This document shows, in pieces, positions 18,584-27,310 of a stretch of 64,000 bases of DNA. Numbering within the stretch: position 1 is the stretch's first letter; every line of letters begins with the position of its first letter. The stretch is from a virus. Its lineage: Duplodnaviria > Caudoviricetes. The DNA is taken from positions 96,001 through 160,000 of the IMG/VR virus record IMGVR_UViG_3300029288_000081; one strand, 5' to 3'. The notes under the pieces were generated by a model that had not been told where the DNA came from, made no database searches, and worked only from the letters and a program-made list of their open reading frames with translations. Both the position numbers and the translations under genes were made by a program.

Positions 18584-19486
18584 TCAGCCCAACAGCGTCT
18601 TGATGACGCGTCCGATCGCTTGCGTCTGCCCTGCTTCGACGGTGCCGTCCATCATCCCGCCGAACGGGTTCTTGTAGACGTTCGCGGCGCGGTGCGCGTG
18701 GAACAGCGTTGCCTCGTTCCGGAGCCACGGCTCGCGGTGTTCGAGGATCAGCTTGGCCGCGAGAACCTCTTCCTCGGGCGGCACGCTGTTGTCGTGGAAG
18801 TGGACGACGGTGTCGTCGTCGAGATCGAAGCAGATGCGCCCGACCTTCTGCGCGTAGTGGGAGTGCCGGTGGGCCAGCATGTACCTGTGGCCGCTCAGGC
18901 CGCCCTCCACGACGATGAAGCGTTCGCGAGCCCACAGCTCGTGCTCCAACGGCGTGAGGAACGTCTGGAGCACCTCGGAGGCGCGGTCGATGGCGCCCGG
19001 GACGCACTGGGGGCAGCTCGGGGTCGGACGCTTCACCGAGACTGCGGCCGGCTCTTCCTTCGGCGCCTGGGGCTCTTCGGTCTTCGCGGGGATGATGGCG
19101 TCGGGCGAGAGAGCTTCGTCGATCTGAGCGAGGTCGGCGGTCTCGTACACGCGGACCTCGCCGCCCGTCGAGGTGACGGCGGTGATGGTGCGGTCCGCGG
19201 GACGGATGCGCGTGTAGAGCAGCTTGCCGGCGGAGGCGACGCTGGTGGAGAGGAGGATCTCCTGACGCCGCTTGCCATCGATCTCGTCGAGAACGATCTT
19301 CGAGATCGGCGTCCACTTGTTCGCGCGAGCGTCCGCGAGGAACGCTTCGAGCAGCGTGGTCTCGTGCGTCGTCGGGTCGACGATTTCGAGGACACACGCT
19401 GAGTCGTCGGCCTGCTCGCGGTAGCTGCTGTTGTCGACCGCGATGATGCGGAAGTCGCCGTTGTACTGCGGGAAGAACCACCTCAT
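18584..19486 (-). CDS. Hypothetical protein (300 aa)
   Basis: MRWFFPQYNG..., GGAGG RBS, typical codon usage. Confidence 0.75.
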   Translation of the reverse strand: MRWFFPQYNGDFRIIAVDNSSYREQADDSACVLEIVDPTTHETTLLEAFLADARANKWTPISKIVLDEIDGKRRQEILLSTSVASAGKLLYTRIRPADRTITAVTSTGGEVRVYETADLAQIDEALSPDAIIPAKTEEPQAPKEEPAAVSVKRPTPSCPQCVPGAIDRASEVLQTFLTPLEHELWARERFIVVEGGLSGHRYMLAHRHSHYAQKVGRICFDLDDDTVVHFHDNSVPPEEEVLAAKLILEHREPWLRNEATLFHAHRAANVYKNPFGGMMDGTVEAGQTQAIGRVIKTLLG

Positions 19487-20262
19487 CGCGCATCCTCCGT
19501 CGTGGCCGCGAGGGCCTTCGCCGAGGCTTCGCGGATCTGCGTCTCCAGCATCTGAAGCACGGATTTCGGCAGCTTCTGCTTCTTCGCCTCGACGAGCGCA
19601 TGAACGAGTTCGAGCATGGTGGGCGGGAACGGCTTGCGTGCCTCCGCCTGGGCTCGCGCCTGGGCTTCCACAAGGTCCTTGCCGATCTTCGCGGCCTCGG
19701 CGATCAGGCTGCGCGACGCGTTGGCGCCGTACGTCTCGATGCTGGGCGCAGGCGCGAGCGACTCGTCCTCGGTCTCGTAGAGATTGACCCCGCCACCCAG
19801 CGAGATCGGGCTGAGCGTCGGGCCGCGCCCGAACCGGTCGCGCACGAGAGCGTCGGGCCGTTCCAGACCGAGCATCGCCTGCCCCATCGACGAGCAGAAG
19901 CGCTGGAGCCGGTCGAGCGTCTTGGCGGTGATGTCCTGGTCGCAGAACGCGAGGATCTGCGTCTTGATCGCCTGCTGGAGCCCGAGGCGAGCGGCCTCGC
20001 CCGTGTTCGGCGTCATCGAGAGTGCCGACCCAGGGATCGCCGGGCCATGCTTGAAGTAGTCGTCGATGCGACGACGGTGCGGAGACTGAAGGATCCCCTG
20101 CCCCGGCCCCTGGTTGACGCAGGGCTGCCCCGGGGTCGCGCCGCACGTGTGACACGCCGCGAACCGTTCCGACGCGTGCGGCAGTCCCGCGTCGAGCGCG
20201 GAGTCGATGCGGCGCCGTTCCTCCGCCACATCGATCTCCGCCTTCTGTGCCGACGCGGCCAT
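19483..20262 (-). CDS. Hypothetical protein with a CxxCGAxPGxPC...H zinc finger
   Basis: CHTCGATPGQPC...PHRRR; start re-called at MAASAQK. Confidence 0.7.
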   Translation of the reverse strand: MAASAQKAEIDVAEERRRIDSALDAGLPHASERFAACHTCGATPGQPCVNQGPGQGILQSPHRRRIDDYFKHGPAIPGSALSMTPNTGEAARLGLQQAIKTQILAFCDQDITAKTLDRLQRFCSSMGQAMLGLERPDALVRDRFGRGPTLSPISLGGGVNLYETEDESLAPAPSIETYGANASRSLIAEAAKIGKDLVEAQARAQAEARKPFPPTMLELVHALVEAKKQKLPKSVLQMLETQIREASAKALAATTEDAR

Positions 20263-20750
20263 CAGACGAGGTCCTCGTCCTTGATCTCCTCCGTCGTGTC
20301 GACCTTCACGACGTTCGTGAAGACCGGGAGCTTGCCGTCCTCGTCGACCTGGGTGCCGTTCCGGTGGCGGACGGTGACCTTGACGGTCTTGGTCAGGAGG
20401 TGGTCCGTGTTGAAGCCGTCGTCCGTGTACGGGACGCCGGCCGCGTCGAGGAGCATGCGCAGCTCCCAGCGACGCTGGGCGTTCAGGTCGGGCTTGGCCG
20501 GGTCCTTCTCCAGGATGTAGTCCTGGTAGACCCGGCGGCCTGCCTGAGCGGTGTCGCTCGCGTTCTCGCCGTGCAGGACCTGGAACTCCACCATCACCTT
20601 GTCGAGAGGCGGAGTCCCCTTCGTGACGCCCAGGGGGGCCGCCATGATGAGTGCGACGTAGACGCCGGGCGGGACCGGCTCGCGCTTCGGCGGCTTGGTC
20701 GTCGCATCGGGGTCGGTGATCTTGTCGTGATTGACCTTGACTGCGGGCAT
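20262..20750 (-). CDS. Putative ssDNA-binding protein (DUF669-like)
   Basis: EPVPPGVYVALI N-terminus, OB-like beta pattern, acidic C-terminus, adjacent to the SSAP-like gene. Confidence 0.65.
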   Translation of the reverse strand: MPAVKVNHDKITDPDATTKPPKREPVPPGVYVALIMAAPLGVTKGTPPLDKVMVEFQVLHGENASDTAQAGRRVYQDYILEKDPAKPDLNAQRRWELRMLLDAAGVPYTDDGFNTDHLLTKTVKVTVRHRNGTQVDEDGKLPVFTNVVKVDTTEEIKDEDLV

Positions 20751-20753
20751 CGA

Positions 20754-22025
20754 TCAGTTCTCCTTCTTCTTGTGAGCCATGAGCAGAGCCTTGAGGCTGT
20801 CGTACTGGTTCTGACGCACGAGCGCACTGCGCTCGACGTCCGCGTGCTCCTTCAACCACGCCTGCGCGGCTGGGCGCGTCCCGAGCTTTTCGAGCAGCAG
20901 CTCGCTCAGGTTCTTGGCCTGGATGTTCGTGATGGTCTCGGAGCTGCCGTCGCGGCTCGGGCCGTGAGGCCCTGAGACGCCAGCCGCCGGCACCTGTGCC
21001 GCCGCCTGGGGCCGCGAGACCGGCTTCTCGTCGAGCTTGCGGTTCTCCTCGTGCGCGTTGTTCGTCCCGCTCAGGTCCCAGCCGGGCTTGCCCTGCTCCG
21101 CGGCAGCCTTGACCAGTGCGATGTCCAGGGGGGTGATGTTCGGTACTTCGACCTCGAAGGTCTCGTGCGAGACCGAGTCCTGCGCCGTGCCCTCCCAGGC
21201 GTAGCCCAGGGAGCCCATCTGCCTGGCTGCCGTCTCGTTCCCTCTGCGGGCCTGCGCCCGAAGCTCGCGAGCCGCCTTGGAGGCCTGCTGTGCCTCCGGG
21301 AGCATCCCGGTCCCCCGCTTGACCGACTCCTCGGCCCACCAGCGCTGCGCGGTGACGATCTCGTCCAGCGTCGAGGCGGGCAGCGCTGCGGGCTTCTTGA
21401 GCGTCGGCGTCGCATCGACGTATCGCTCCGGAACCTCGTCGTAGGCCATGCCGACGATCTCTTCTGCCGAGACGTCGCCGAAGCCTGCCAGGCGCAGGAC
21501 GGCGCGGTTGTACGCCCTGGTGTCCGCGGTCGCGATGACGCTGTGCAGATCGATGCGACCTCCGCGCTCGGTCTTGTCGCACCAGCCCACACCCTCTTCG
21601 GTGCGGCCCGAGCGCTTGTGCGTGGCCTCGTAGGTCACGAAGCTGTACGTGGCCATCGCATCGTCGGGAAGACCACGCGTCATCTTGCGCCGCGACTCGA
21701 TGCCCAGCGCCGTCGCCAGCTTGGTGATGCCGCTCTTCTTCGGGCTCGCGCGGACCTCGACCCCGTAGGCCTTCGCCGCCTTCTCGGCGTCTGCGCGGCG
21801 AGAGTAGACGCTCTGCTTGGTCTTGCCGGCCTCCGTGTAGGAGATCGTGTAGATGTAGTCGCTCTCGTCGAGGATGGCCGCGTACAGCCGCTGCTTCTCG
21901 GCGAAGGCAGCTCGCAGCCGAGCCGGAGTCGCGATCGGTGTGATGAATCCGAGGTCCGACAGATCGGCCAGCGCGGCCGTATCGTCAGCAACGACCATGG
22001 ACCCGTCCCCTGTGTTCTCGCTCAT
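20754..22025 (-). CDS. Putative single-strand annealing/recombination protein (Rad52-superfamily-like)
   Basis: KKSGITKLA...TADTRAYNRAVLRLAGFGDVSAEEI; start re-called at MSENTG. Confidence 0.55.
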   Translation of the reverse strand: MSENTGDGSMVVADDTAALADLSDLGFITPIATPARLRAAFAEKQRLYAAILDESDYIYTISYTEAGKTKQSVYSRRADAEKAAKAYGVEVRASPKKSGITKLATALGIESRRKMTRGLPDDAMATYSFVTYEATHKRSGRTEEGVGWCDKTERGGRIDLHSVIATADTRAYNRAVLRLAGFGDVSAEEIVGMAYDEVPERYVDATPTLKKPAALPASTLDEIVTAQRWWAEESVKRGTGMLPEAQQASKAARELRAQARRGNETAARQMGSLGYAWEGTAQDSVSHETFEVEVPNITPLDIALVKAAAEQGKPGWDLSGTNNAHEENRKLDEKPVSRPQAAAQVPAAGVSGPHGPSRDGSSETITNIQAKNLSELLLEKLGTRPAAQAWLKEHADVERSALVRQNQYDSLKALLMAHKKKEN

Positions 22026-22240
22026 TCTGCCCCTTTCTTCTTCTCGCCGTTCACGTGGTAGCCGGCCTGGAACTTCACAAGGTCGGCACGCTTGACTCCG
22101 ATGAAGTCGCCGACCTTGCTCGACTTCAACATCTCGCTCTTGATCCACAGCCAGACCGTTGATCGGTGGACGCCCATCTCCTTGGCGACCTCGCCAGTGC
22201 TCAACAGGCCCGACGCCTGAAACTTCTTGCTCAGGGTCAT
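22022..22240 (-). CDS. Excisionase/MerR-like HTH (HTH_17) DNA-binding protein
   Basis: LLSTGEVAKEMGVHRSTVWLWIKSEML; AAGGA RBS. Confidence 0.8.
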   Translation of the reverse strand: MTLSKKFQASGLLSTGEVAKEMGVHRSTVWLWIKSEMLKSSKVGDFIGVKRADLVKFQAGYHVNGEKKKGAE

Positions 22241-22273
22241 GCTTTCCTTGTTTTTCTGGGCGCCCAGCGACAC

Positions 22274-22313
22274 CTTGTATGTCGCGCGCGGAGGGTCGTC
22301 AACTACTTTCGAC
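22274..22313 (-). promoter_or_regulatory. Sigma70-like promoter with an upstream GTCGAAAG box
   Basis: GTCGAAAG-TAG-TTGACG-17nt-TACAAG. Confidence 0.55.
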
Positions 22314-22554
22314 GCACGTCTTTCAGCTTCTTGACGGGCGCCGGTCCGACCCTCTTCGCTCGAAGATGGGTCACCACCTCGATGGACACCGAGTAGATGT
22401 CCCCGGGCACATCGCGCTCTTTGCGGACCTCGACCTGGAACTGGTCGGCCATGTGTTCGATCTCATCACCGAACACCTTCCTGATGGCTCCATCGACGTC
22501 GACCGCCTCGACCTTCAGGAACTCCCCCGCGCCGTCGTCCACGTAGTAGACCAT
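22303..22554 (-). CDS. Hypothetical protein (83 aa)
   Basis: ORF with typical codon usage; preceded by GTCGAAAGTTGTTGACA (22584-22600). Confidence 0.7.
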   Translation of the reverse strand: MVYYVDDGAGEFLKVEAVDVDGAIRKVFGDEIEHMADQFQVEVRKERDVPGDIYSVSIEVVTHLRAKRVGPAPVKKLKDVRRK

Positions 22555-22630
22555 GGGCGACTCTTGTCCGAGACCGCCTCGGCTGTCAACAACTTTCGAC
22601 TCACCGTCGGTTGGTGCCGGATGGTGCCGA

Positions 22631-22744
22631 TCACTGCGAGACGAACGCGGTCAGGAGCGCAAGGACGGTCACGGTCACAACCGACGCGAGAGCGACGAGC
22701 ACGTAGAGACGCGTCTCGCGGTCAGGCTCATCATCGAAGCGCAC
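22631..22744 (-). CDS. Small membrane protein (37 aa)
   Basis: Manual translation VRFDDEPDRETRLYVLVALASVVTVTVLALLTAFVSQ. Confidence 0.45.
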   Translation of the reverse strand: MRFDDEPDRETRLYVLVALASVVTVTVLALLTAFVSQ

Positions 22745-23624
22745 GGCGCCTGCGATTCTTGGCGACGCCCATGCCGCGGCCGCTCTGGTGGAAGCCCATG
22801 AGGAGCGCCTTCTTGTCCGCGGAGGTCATCAGGTGTCCGAACGCGTCGTAGACAGCCTGCGCCGGGATCTTGAGCGACTTGGCCTTCGTGAAGACGCCGT
22901 CCAGTGAGATGACGCGGTTCGTGGCGATGTTCCTGATGACCTTGGGCGTCTCCTCGATGACACCCCAGATGGCCTTGGACGGGTCGCGCGCGTCGAGCAG
23001 GACCAGGCTTCCCTTCTTGGTGCCGCGTGCCAGCCCCCGGGCGCCCACGTGGCCGATCTTGACGTGCTTGAGGCCGTAGGTGAGCTGTGCCGCATCACCG
23101 GCCTCGTCGCCCAGCTTGGACTTGCGAACCATGTGGCCGAACGCCAGGAGAACGTCGCGCGCGTCGATCCCGAGCTTCTGAGCGATCTTCTGGAACTCGG
23201 CGACCGTCTTGAACACGTCGATGTTTGGGCCGGAGATGTGGATCTTGCCGGCGAGCTTGTCTTCGGGGCCCGCGTACTCCGCTGCCTCTGTGCTGCCGAT
23301 CTTGAGGTAGCCCTTCTCGATGATGGGCGCGGCACCGCTGTTACGCTTCACCCCCGCGCGCCCGAACGCCTGCTCGCCAGCCGACGCCGAGATGCCCTCC
23401 TCACGCAAGATACGCGGGAGCTGCGACAGGGAAGGGAACTCGGTCATCCCCGAGCCGCGCACCACGGCGATTCGCCCGCGGAAGACGGGGTTCGAGCCCC
23501 TGTAGGCGGTCGCCTTGAACCCGGGGCCCGAGATGGAACCAGGCCTGATGGTCACGCGACGGCCGGGGCTGGCAGCGGGGTTGCGGCTGGTGCGACGACG
23601 GCTGGTGCGACGACTTCTCGGCAT
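22731..23624 (-). CDS. Basic protein with three internal repeats and late-module Arg/Asn tags
   Basis: MPRSRRTSRRRTSRNP...VKRNS...GMGVAKNRRRR; repeats end in GISASAGEQAFG, GIDARDVLLAFG and KIPAQAVYDAFG. Confidence 0.8.
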   Translation of the reverse strand: MPRSRRTSRRRTSRNPAASPGRRVTIRPGSISGPGFKATAYRGSNPVFRGRIAVVRGSGMTEFPSLSQLPRILREEGISASAGEQAFGRAGVKRNSGAAPIIEKGYLKIGSTEAAEYAGPEDKLAGKIHISGPNIDVFKTVAEFQKIAQKLGIDARDVLLAFGHMVRKSKLGDEAGDAAQLTYGLKHVKIGHVGARGLARGTKKGSLVLLDARDPSKAIWGVIEETPKVIRNIATNRVISLDGVFTKAKSLKIPAQAVYDAFGHLMTSADKKALLMGFHQSGRGMGVAKNRRRRALR

Positions 23625-23824
23625 GGCGGGAGTGTAACAGGCGGCGGCTTGGCCGCACCAGGCGGCCGATGCCACGAAGGCCCCCAGATCGGCCACGCCG
23701 GGGAACGCGTGGTTCATGCCGGGCACCAAGGAGAAATGCGCCGGCCCGCCTATCGTCCTTTTCCAAGGGAATGAGTGGCCGCTGGCCGCTCTCGCGGATG
23801 GGAGGACGCCGCCCTGTTCTACCT

Positions 23825-24019
23825 CTACTTCTCGACCCGCACCTCGCCCTGCTTTCGGAGGCGACGCCACTGACCGCGCCTTCCATCGAAGATCCAGAAA
23901 GTTGTACCGATCTTCGCAACGTCTCCGTGGGTCGGACCCGCGACATCCGAGACCCGTTCGACCGTACCACGGAAGACCATCATCCGAAGCGGAGCGCCGC
24001 TCGTGCGGTACGGGCTCAC
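23825..24019 (-). CDS. Hypothetical protein (64 aa)
   Basis: GTGA overlap with the upstream gene. Confidence 0.55.
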   Translation of the reverse strand: MSPYRTSGAPLRMMVFRGTVERVSDVAGPTHGDVAKIGTTFWIFDGRRGQWRRLRKQGEVRVEK

Positions 24020-24372
24020 TTGCGCCGCCTCTTCTTCGGCAGCGTGTCCTCGAACCGCTTGTGCTGCGGCCCGTCCGTCTGTACGTCTCGAAACCGTCCG
24101 TCACGGGCCAGCATCCGGAGGCCGAGGTTGTTGCCCTCGTTCAGCTGGTTGATGAGCCAGCCGACACAGGGCTGCTCGGCGCCGACCGGCGAGTCGTGGC
24201 AGGCCATCATGCGCACGCCACCGGGAGCAAGCGTCATCGGATCGCCCGGGTTGGCGATGGTCGAGCTGAGCGCCTCGTGCTTCTTGACGCAGTAGCCGCC
24301 CGGGATGTCCTTCTCGGGACGCACGCCCTTGCGCCAGGGGCACGCCTTGCACTGCTTGGTGCGGACGTTCAC
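24016..24372 (-). CDS. Cys-rich phage protein (DUF6283-like)
   Basis: CKACPWR...MACH...CVGWL; GTG start re-called. Confidence 0.65.
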   Translation of the reverse strand: MNVRTKQCKACPWRKGVRPEKDIPGGYCVKKHEALSSTIANPGDPMTLAPGGVRMMACHDSPVGAEQPCVGWLINQLNEGNNLGLRMLARDGRFRDVQTDGPQHKRFEDTLPKKRRRK

Positions 24373-25094
24373 TTGCGCCTCTTCGTCTTCGTTACGGGGG
24401 CCGCCTCTGGCTGGCGCACGGTCTCGGGGAGCGGTTCGCACTCCTCGTCGAGGCAGTCGGGGCAACCGTGTTCGGTGATGTTGCGCGTGAACCTGCGATT
24501 GCAGGTCGGACAGTTCTGTCCGTTCTCGGTGCCGTTGAACTTCTCGTTGCAGTGCGGGCACTCGCGGACCTGCACGAGATCGTCCTCGTCGTACAGCTCG
24601 TCGCACCCGTCGCACAGGAAGAGGGTCTCGCCCAGCTTCAGCGCCTCGTCGATACGCGCGGTGCGTTCGTTGGCCTCCAGCACCTCACGCTGTGCCACGG
24701 CCTCTGCGCTCTTCTTGCGTTCCGCGGCGATCCTCTTGACCTCCTCGGGCGGCGGAGGGACCCACGCGGGCTTGCCTGGCAGATCTGGCAAGAAGCCTCC
24801 CGGACCGCGCTCGGGCTCCGACCAGAACTGGATGCCGGGGTGCGCCTTGACGAAGTCCGCAGGGCTGCCGCCGGCCCCGTAGGACCACCCCTGACCCTCA
24901 TACAGCTCGCCGTGATGCGAGGAGTTGAAGATGACGTGCGCTGTGACGCTCATCTTCGGGGGCATCGAGTCGTCCCACGACTTGGCCCACTGCACGAGGA
25001 TGAGACCGTAGGCGGGCTGGTGGGGGCGACCGTACTTGTCGGGCGCCCTCCACCAGTAGCGACCCTCGACAGGGGGAACGATGGACATCCACAT
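24369..25094 (-). CDS. Hypothetical protein with four C-terminal CxxC motifs
   Basis: CDGC, CPHC, CPTC, CPDC; start re-called at MWMSIV. Confidence 0.7.
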   Translation of the reverse strand: MWMSIVPPVEGRYWWRAPDKYGRPHQPAYGLILVQWAKSWDDSMPPKMSVTAHVIFNSSHHGELYEGQGWSYGAGGSPADFVKAHPGIQFWSEPERGPGGFLPDLPGKPAWVPPPPEEVKRIAAERKKSAEAVAQREVLEANERTARIDEALKLGETLFLCDGCDELYDEDDLVQVRECPHCNEKFNGTENGQNCPTCNRRFTRNITEHGCPDCLDEECEPLPETVRQPEAAPVTKTKRRK

Positions 25095-25099
25095 GGCGC

Positions 25100-25840
25100 C
25101 TACTCCTCCGTCGGCATCGCGTCCGGGAACAGCTCGCACAGCTCCACGAGGGCGCGATGCGTCTCCTGGCGCGCCGTCTCGGACGCTCGCTTGAAGATGG
25201 AGATGGCCTTGGGCGTCCGCTGTGTGTCCCACTCCAGCGGCCCAGTCATCCTGCTCGCCGCGTGGTAGGCGGTCGCCAGCTGGCCGTTGGCGATCGCCGC
25301 GGTGGATGCCGAGCACGCGCGGCTCAGCAGCTCGATGGCCAGCGCAGGCGACCGAGCATCGCTCCTGCCCTCCCACACGTTCTCGCGCATCATCATCGCG
25401 CGAGCAGCCTCCAGGGCAGCAGAGGCGTCCTCGCACCAGCGAACGCGCACCGGGAAGATCGCGTCTTCCTTGCGCTCCGCGTCGCCGAGGTACTCGCGAG
25501 CGTGCCACACGAGACAGAGAACGGACGACTGGCGATCCTGCGCATCGAACTCGGTGAGCCGCGCGATGTTCCGGACCTTTGCGGTTGCGACGGGCTGAGC
25601 AGACCCGTCCACCAGGGACACCCTGTCACCGAGCTTCGCGCCGTCGTACCTGCGCCACACTCTGATGTCGTCGGGGAGCGCTCCGTCCCGGTCTCGGTGC
25701 CCAGCCTTCGCAACATCGACTGAGGTGCCGTAGACCGTGTCCGCGCCGTAGAAGACGTCGATGACCCTGGCCGGCCCTGCCGGGCGCTTGGGGTCTTCGA
25801 GGCGCACGACCACGAGCCCGTCGTCCTGCGGGCGCGTCAC
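25100..25840 (-). CDS. Hypothetical protein (246 aa)
   Basis: Coupled ORF with typical codon usage. Confidence 0.7.
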   Translation of the reverse strand: MTRPQDDGLVVVRLEDPKRPAGPARVIDVFYGADTVYGTSVDVAKAGHRDRDGALPDDIRVWRRYDGAKLGDRVSLVDGSAQPVATAKVRNIARLTEFDAQDRQSSVLCLVWHAREYLGDAERKEDAIFPVRVRWCEDASAALEAARAMMMRENVWEGRSDARSPALAIELLSRACSASTAAIANGQLATAYHAASRMTGPLEWDTQRTPKAISIFKRASETARQETHRALVELCELFPDAMPTEE

Positions 25841-26547
25841 GACGCCACCTTCGCGACCTTGCCGAGCTTGCCGTTGATGAGCGCGAACTCGCAGATCTCG
25901 AACCCGTCATCGTCGGTCCCGTCGATGGCGTAGAGGAACCCCGGGTGCTCGCTCATGCCGACGACGAAGCGCCCGTCGATGACCGGCTTGGCCTTGCCGA
26001 CCGACTCCAACCACCCCTTCTGGAGCGGCACGGTCCACTTGTCCGACGAGAAGAGCGCGACGTTCGTGCCCGCGGTGACGTTGCTGTCGGGCACGAAGCA
26101 GACCTCCTGCCCGAAGTCCGCGCGGCTCATGCCGTGCCGGTAGCGGCCGCACGAGACCATCGCGCGCCGAGCGACCTTGAGCATCTCGGCGTGCTCGGCG
26201 TCCCTCTTCTCGACGAGCCCGCAGAACACCTCGCGAACGAGGACGTTCGTGCTGTAGGACGCCCACGCGTCCTTCCAGCCGCCCCACTCTCCGGTCACGT
26301 CGGCACGAGCTGCGACGAGCTTGGGCGCGCCGACCGAGATGAAGGCGATCAGTCCTGCGCACGACCGGCGCAGCATGTTGGGCGCACCGAGCGCCACCGC
26401 GGTACCGAGCCGCTTGCCGTCCTCGACGCCCGAGGGGCAATCGCATTCGATCGAGCCGTCCTCGAAGAGATGCACCTTGTGGTGCGCGTGGCCCTCGTTG
26501 TCGGTGCAGAGGATGCGGGTCTTGGCGATGATCTTCTTGCTCTTCAC
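25837..26547 (-). CDS. Hypothetical protein (236 aa)
   Basis: GTG start with AAGGAG RBS (VKSKKIIAKT...). Confidence 0.7.
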   Translation of the reverse strand: MKSKKIIAKTRILCTDNEGHAHHKVHLFEDGSIECDCPSGVEDGKRLGTAVALGAPNMLRRSCAGLIAFISVGAPKLVAARADVTGEWGGWKDAWASYSTNVLVREVFCGLVEKRDAEHAEMLKVARRAMVSCGRYRHGMSRADFGQEVCFVPDSNVTAGTNVALFSSDKWTVPLQKGWLESVGKAKPVIDGRFVVGMSEHPGFLYAIDGTDDDGFEICEFALINGKLGKVAKVAS

Positions 26548-26828
26548 GTTCGCTCCTTGTCGGCGGTTGTCGCCTCGGCGTTCTTCTGACGATGCTCTTC
26601 GACCATGCGTCGCAGCACGTCCAGGTCCATGGCGCGACCTGCGGTCAACGACTGCACGATGCCGTGCTTGTGTGCGTAGCCCACCAACTGCGTGCGGCCC
26701 TCGCGGCGCTCTGGCTTCAGCTTGTTCATGCTCCCGTAGGGGCAACAGGTGGCGCACACCTCTTTCCCCGTGTCGTCACGGCCGGACGCGTGGCGCACGC
26801 CACAGCACTCGCACAGCTTCTCGGTCAC
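26544..26828 (-). CDS. Hypothetical Cys-rich protein (94 aa)
   Basis: CECC...CATCC; GTGA overlap. Confidence 0.6.
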   Translation of the reverse strand: MTEKLCECCGVRHASGRDDTGKEVCATCCPYGSMNKLKPERREGRTQLVGYAHKHGIVQSLTAGRAMDLDVLRRMVEEHRQKNAEATTADKERT

Positions 26829-27310
26829 AGCAGCCCCCTTCGCAGGCTCTTCTCGCCCGAGATGCGCTCGTAGGCGCGCTCGCGCTTGACGAGCTTGGCG
26901 TACGCCTCGATCTGCTCCACGAAGAGCACCGTCGACTGGATCGCCGTATCGCGCGTCGTGTCGTACAGGCCGAGCCCCGACGGCACGGGCACGGACGCGA
27001 CCCCGTCCACGATGATGCTGCGCAGCGCTTCGCACACCCTGACGGCCAGGAGGTACTCCGCGAAGTTCCACTGCCAGCGCGGCTTGATGCGGGCTCCCTG
27101 GACCGCACACGGTGTGAGAGCGGTGGCTGCGTCGAGCTGCACCAGGAGCACCGTCGCCGTCTTCGCGTGGACGGGGTTGAGCTTGAGCAGTTCGAGCACT
27201 GCGATGACGTCGGCGGTCGCCTTGGCGCCTGCTGCCCAGGTCGACGCCGACACCGGGTCGAACGGCATGGGCTCGGAGGGCTTCTTACGGAGGAGGGGGG
27301 CGGGCATCAT
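26825..27310 (-). CDS. Hypothetical protein (161 aa)
   Basis: Start re-called at MMPAPLL, overlapping the VWA gene stop. Confidence 0.65.
   Translation of the reverse strand: MMPAPLLRKKPSEPMPFDPVSASTWAAGAKATADVIAVLELLKLNPVHAKTATVLLVQLDAATALTPCAVQGARIKPRWQWNFAEYLLAVRVCEALRSIIVDGVASVPVPSGLGLYDTTRDTAIQSTVLFVEQIEAYAKLVKRERAYERISGEKSLRRGLL

Noticed and set aside
22022-22240. Integration module implied by the excisionase-like HTH
   Set aside because: No integrase or att-like repeat recognised in the window
23645-23820. Structured intergenic segment (GGCCGAT...ATCGGCC stem) as a tRNA or riboswitch
   Set aside because: No cloverleaf or recognisable aptamer; a single GC stem is expected by chance at this GC content
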